Below, piece after piece: positions 63,197-64,000 of a stretch of 64,000 bases of DNA (positions are counted from its first letter, which is position 1; each line of letters starts with the position of its first letter). Under the pieces are notes generated by a model. The model was not told where the DNA came from. It worked only from the letters and a program-made list of their open reading frames with translations, and made no database searches. The stretch is taken from contig CAJOHZ010000011.1 of assembly GCA_905234695.1 (NCBI GenBank), positions 3,121 to 67,120 on the forward strand, given 5' to 3'. This DNA is from an uncultured Bacteroidales bacterium (GTDB lineage Bacteria > Bacteroidota > Bacteroidia > Bacteroidales > P3). Made by a program: the position numbers and the translations under genes.

Positions 63197-63216
63197 ACAC
63201 AATACCACACAAGACA

Positions 63217-63257
63217 AGCCGACCCGCCTGCGGCATCGCAGGCGGGTCGGCTTTTTT
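63217..63257 (+). terminator. rho-independent terminator between convergent genes
   Basis: A 16-bp perfect GC-rich stem (AGCCGACCCGCCTGCG / CGCAGGCGGGTCGGCT) with loop GCAT is followed by TTTTTT. Confidence 0.8.
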
Positions 63258-63271
63258 CTGTCTCTAGCCTG

Positions 63272-63853
63272 TTACATGATAGAGATATAGCTGGGCGATT
63301 TGATGGTCTGGCTGGCCACCGTCAGCGACGGACGGATACGCAGTCCCACCTGCGACGACTTCCCCTCCTTGTTGAAACTGCCAGCAAAAGTCTTCAGCTT
63401 GTTGATGCCGTCGGACGAAAAGACCTTGTACAAATCGGTATTGACGCTCAGCGGCACCGTCGAGTTGGTATTGGACTTAATCGTATAGGTCTGGTTGGTG
63501 GAGCCCGTGGCAAACTGCGATTGGGCAATATCCAACGCCCAATCCATCGTGCTCAGCATGGCCGAGGTCTGGGTGGGGTTCTTCACATTCACGTTGACAT
63601 CCAACGCCATCGGCACCTGCTTGGAGGTGATGGCAGCGGCCAGCATCACCACATCCGTGGCAGTGATGTTGCCGTTCACCACATTCTTCACATTGACACC
63701 CGCCACCGAGACATTCGACACATTCTTCAAACTGTATTCACAATTGGCCAAATTGGCGATACTGGCCACATTGTTGGCCACATTGTCCAAAAACGCGCAC
63801 GACGAAAAAAGCGTGCAACATGCAAATAGAGAAACAAATAAATATTTTTTCAT
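63272..63853 (-). CDS. lipoprotein, possibly LEA type-2 (WHy/LEA14-like) family
   Basis: Lipobox 'LFSS|C'. It is a beta-rich Asn/Val/Thr-rich 193-aa protein ('VSVAGVNVKNVVNGN...LDVNVNVKNP'). The family call is tentative. Confidence 0.5.
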   Translation of the reverse strand: MKKYLFVSLFACCTLFSSCAFLDNVANNVASIANLANCEYSLKNVSNVSVAGVNVKNVVNGNITATDVVMLAAAITSKQVPMALDVNVNVKNPTQTSAMLSTMDWALDIAQSQFATGSTNQTYTIKSNTNSTVPLSVNTDLYKVFSSDGINKLKTFAGSFNKEGKSSQVGLRIRPSLTVASQTIKSPSYISIM

Positions 63854-63881
63854 GGGTATAAGGTATTACAATTACAAGTTG

Positions 63882-63889
63882 CAAATTTA
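63882..63889 (-). promoter_or_regulatory. -7 box TAAATTTG upstream of lipoprotein gene 63272-63853
   Basis: The plus strand reads CAAATTTA, 29 nt upstream of the start at 63853. Confidence 0.55.
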
Positions 63890-63907
63890 CTCATAATTCC
63901 TGAATTA

Positions 63908-64000
63908 AGAAACTGTTTAATTTTAATTGATAGATTTTGCCATGCAGCAAATGTCTTCTTTTTGGCTTCGGTGTAGTCTTTATGCGACGCTTATGCGCCT
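63908..64000. repeat. third, related copy of the AGAAACTGTTTAA... element (runs off the window)
   Basis: AGAAACTGTTTAATTTTAATTGATAGATTTTGCCATGCAGCAAA matches the reverse complement of 61741-61784 at about 38/44 by eye. The shared TGTCTTCTTTTTG follows an 11-nt indel. Confidence 0.5.

Noticed and set aside
1-64000. Search for tRNA, rRNA, transposase, integrase and CRISPR-cas.
   Set aside because: I saw no T-loop-type GGTTCGAATCC-like motif within a cloverleaf context, no rRNA-like stretch, and no DDE, tyrosine-recombinase or serine-recombinase ORF. This was a by-eye search, so a small or degenerate element could have been missed.

Overview
This is a 64-kb chromosomal segment from a high-GC (about 55-58 % by eye) Bacteroidota genome, probably Bacteroidales. 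The diagnostic signals are T9SS type-A and type-B C-terminal sorting domains, TAnnTTTG -7 promoter boxes ahead of most transcription units, no Shine-Dalgarno sequences, ftsX-DUF3098-uppP-truB synteny, GH29/GH78/GH97 glycosidases and a Na+-pumping methylmalonyl-CoA decarboxylase operon. I call 51 CDS, one of them truncated at the left edge. I found no tRNA, rRNA, CRISPR, transposase or integrase. Left to right the window holds: an RND pump and TolC; fucosidase; a GWxTD/acyltransferase/GT2 operon; gltX; OmpH; two tandem T9SS type-B paralogues; the mce-mmdA-(Cys-rich lipoprotein)-oadG-like-mmdC-mmdB operon; a 1115-aa T9SS repeat protein; dxs; dapD; dnaN; ftsX-DUF3098-uppP-truB; a low-GC islet (MNT/HepT toxin-antitoxin pair plus an AAA+/DUF4143 ATPase); ABC-F-rarA-queA; a porin-linked glycosidase cluster (DUF4838-like, GH78, GH97); beta-carbonic anhydrase, an AAE permease, OTC and carbamate kinase; an M16 protein; a TonB-dependent receptor; a MORN protein; mtaB; a purF-like gene; elbB; and a YugP-like peptidase. 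The most unusual observations are these. (1) The truB/ABC-F convergent gap holds two single-unit cassettes, each bracketed by a direct duplication of the neighbouring gene's 3' end, plus a twin 13-bp palindrome operator. (2) A metallothionein-like lipoprotein (about 24 % Cys) is inserted inside the mmd operon. (3) A family of 7-8-nt-period A/T-rich tracts fills intercistronic spacers and places stops in all three frames. The reverse-complement motif occurs in frame inside four CDS, encoding NSQF/NSQL. (4) A 164-bp element with 20-bp terminal inverted repeats has a related copy at the right edge. (5) A candidate small RNA lies between the MORN gene and mtaB. All family calls rest on motifs recognised by eye, and no database search was possible.
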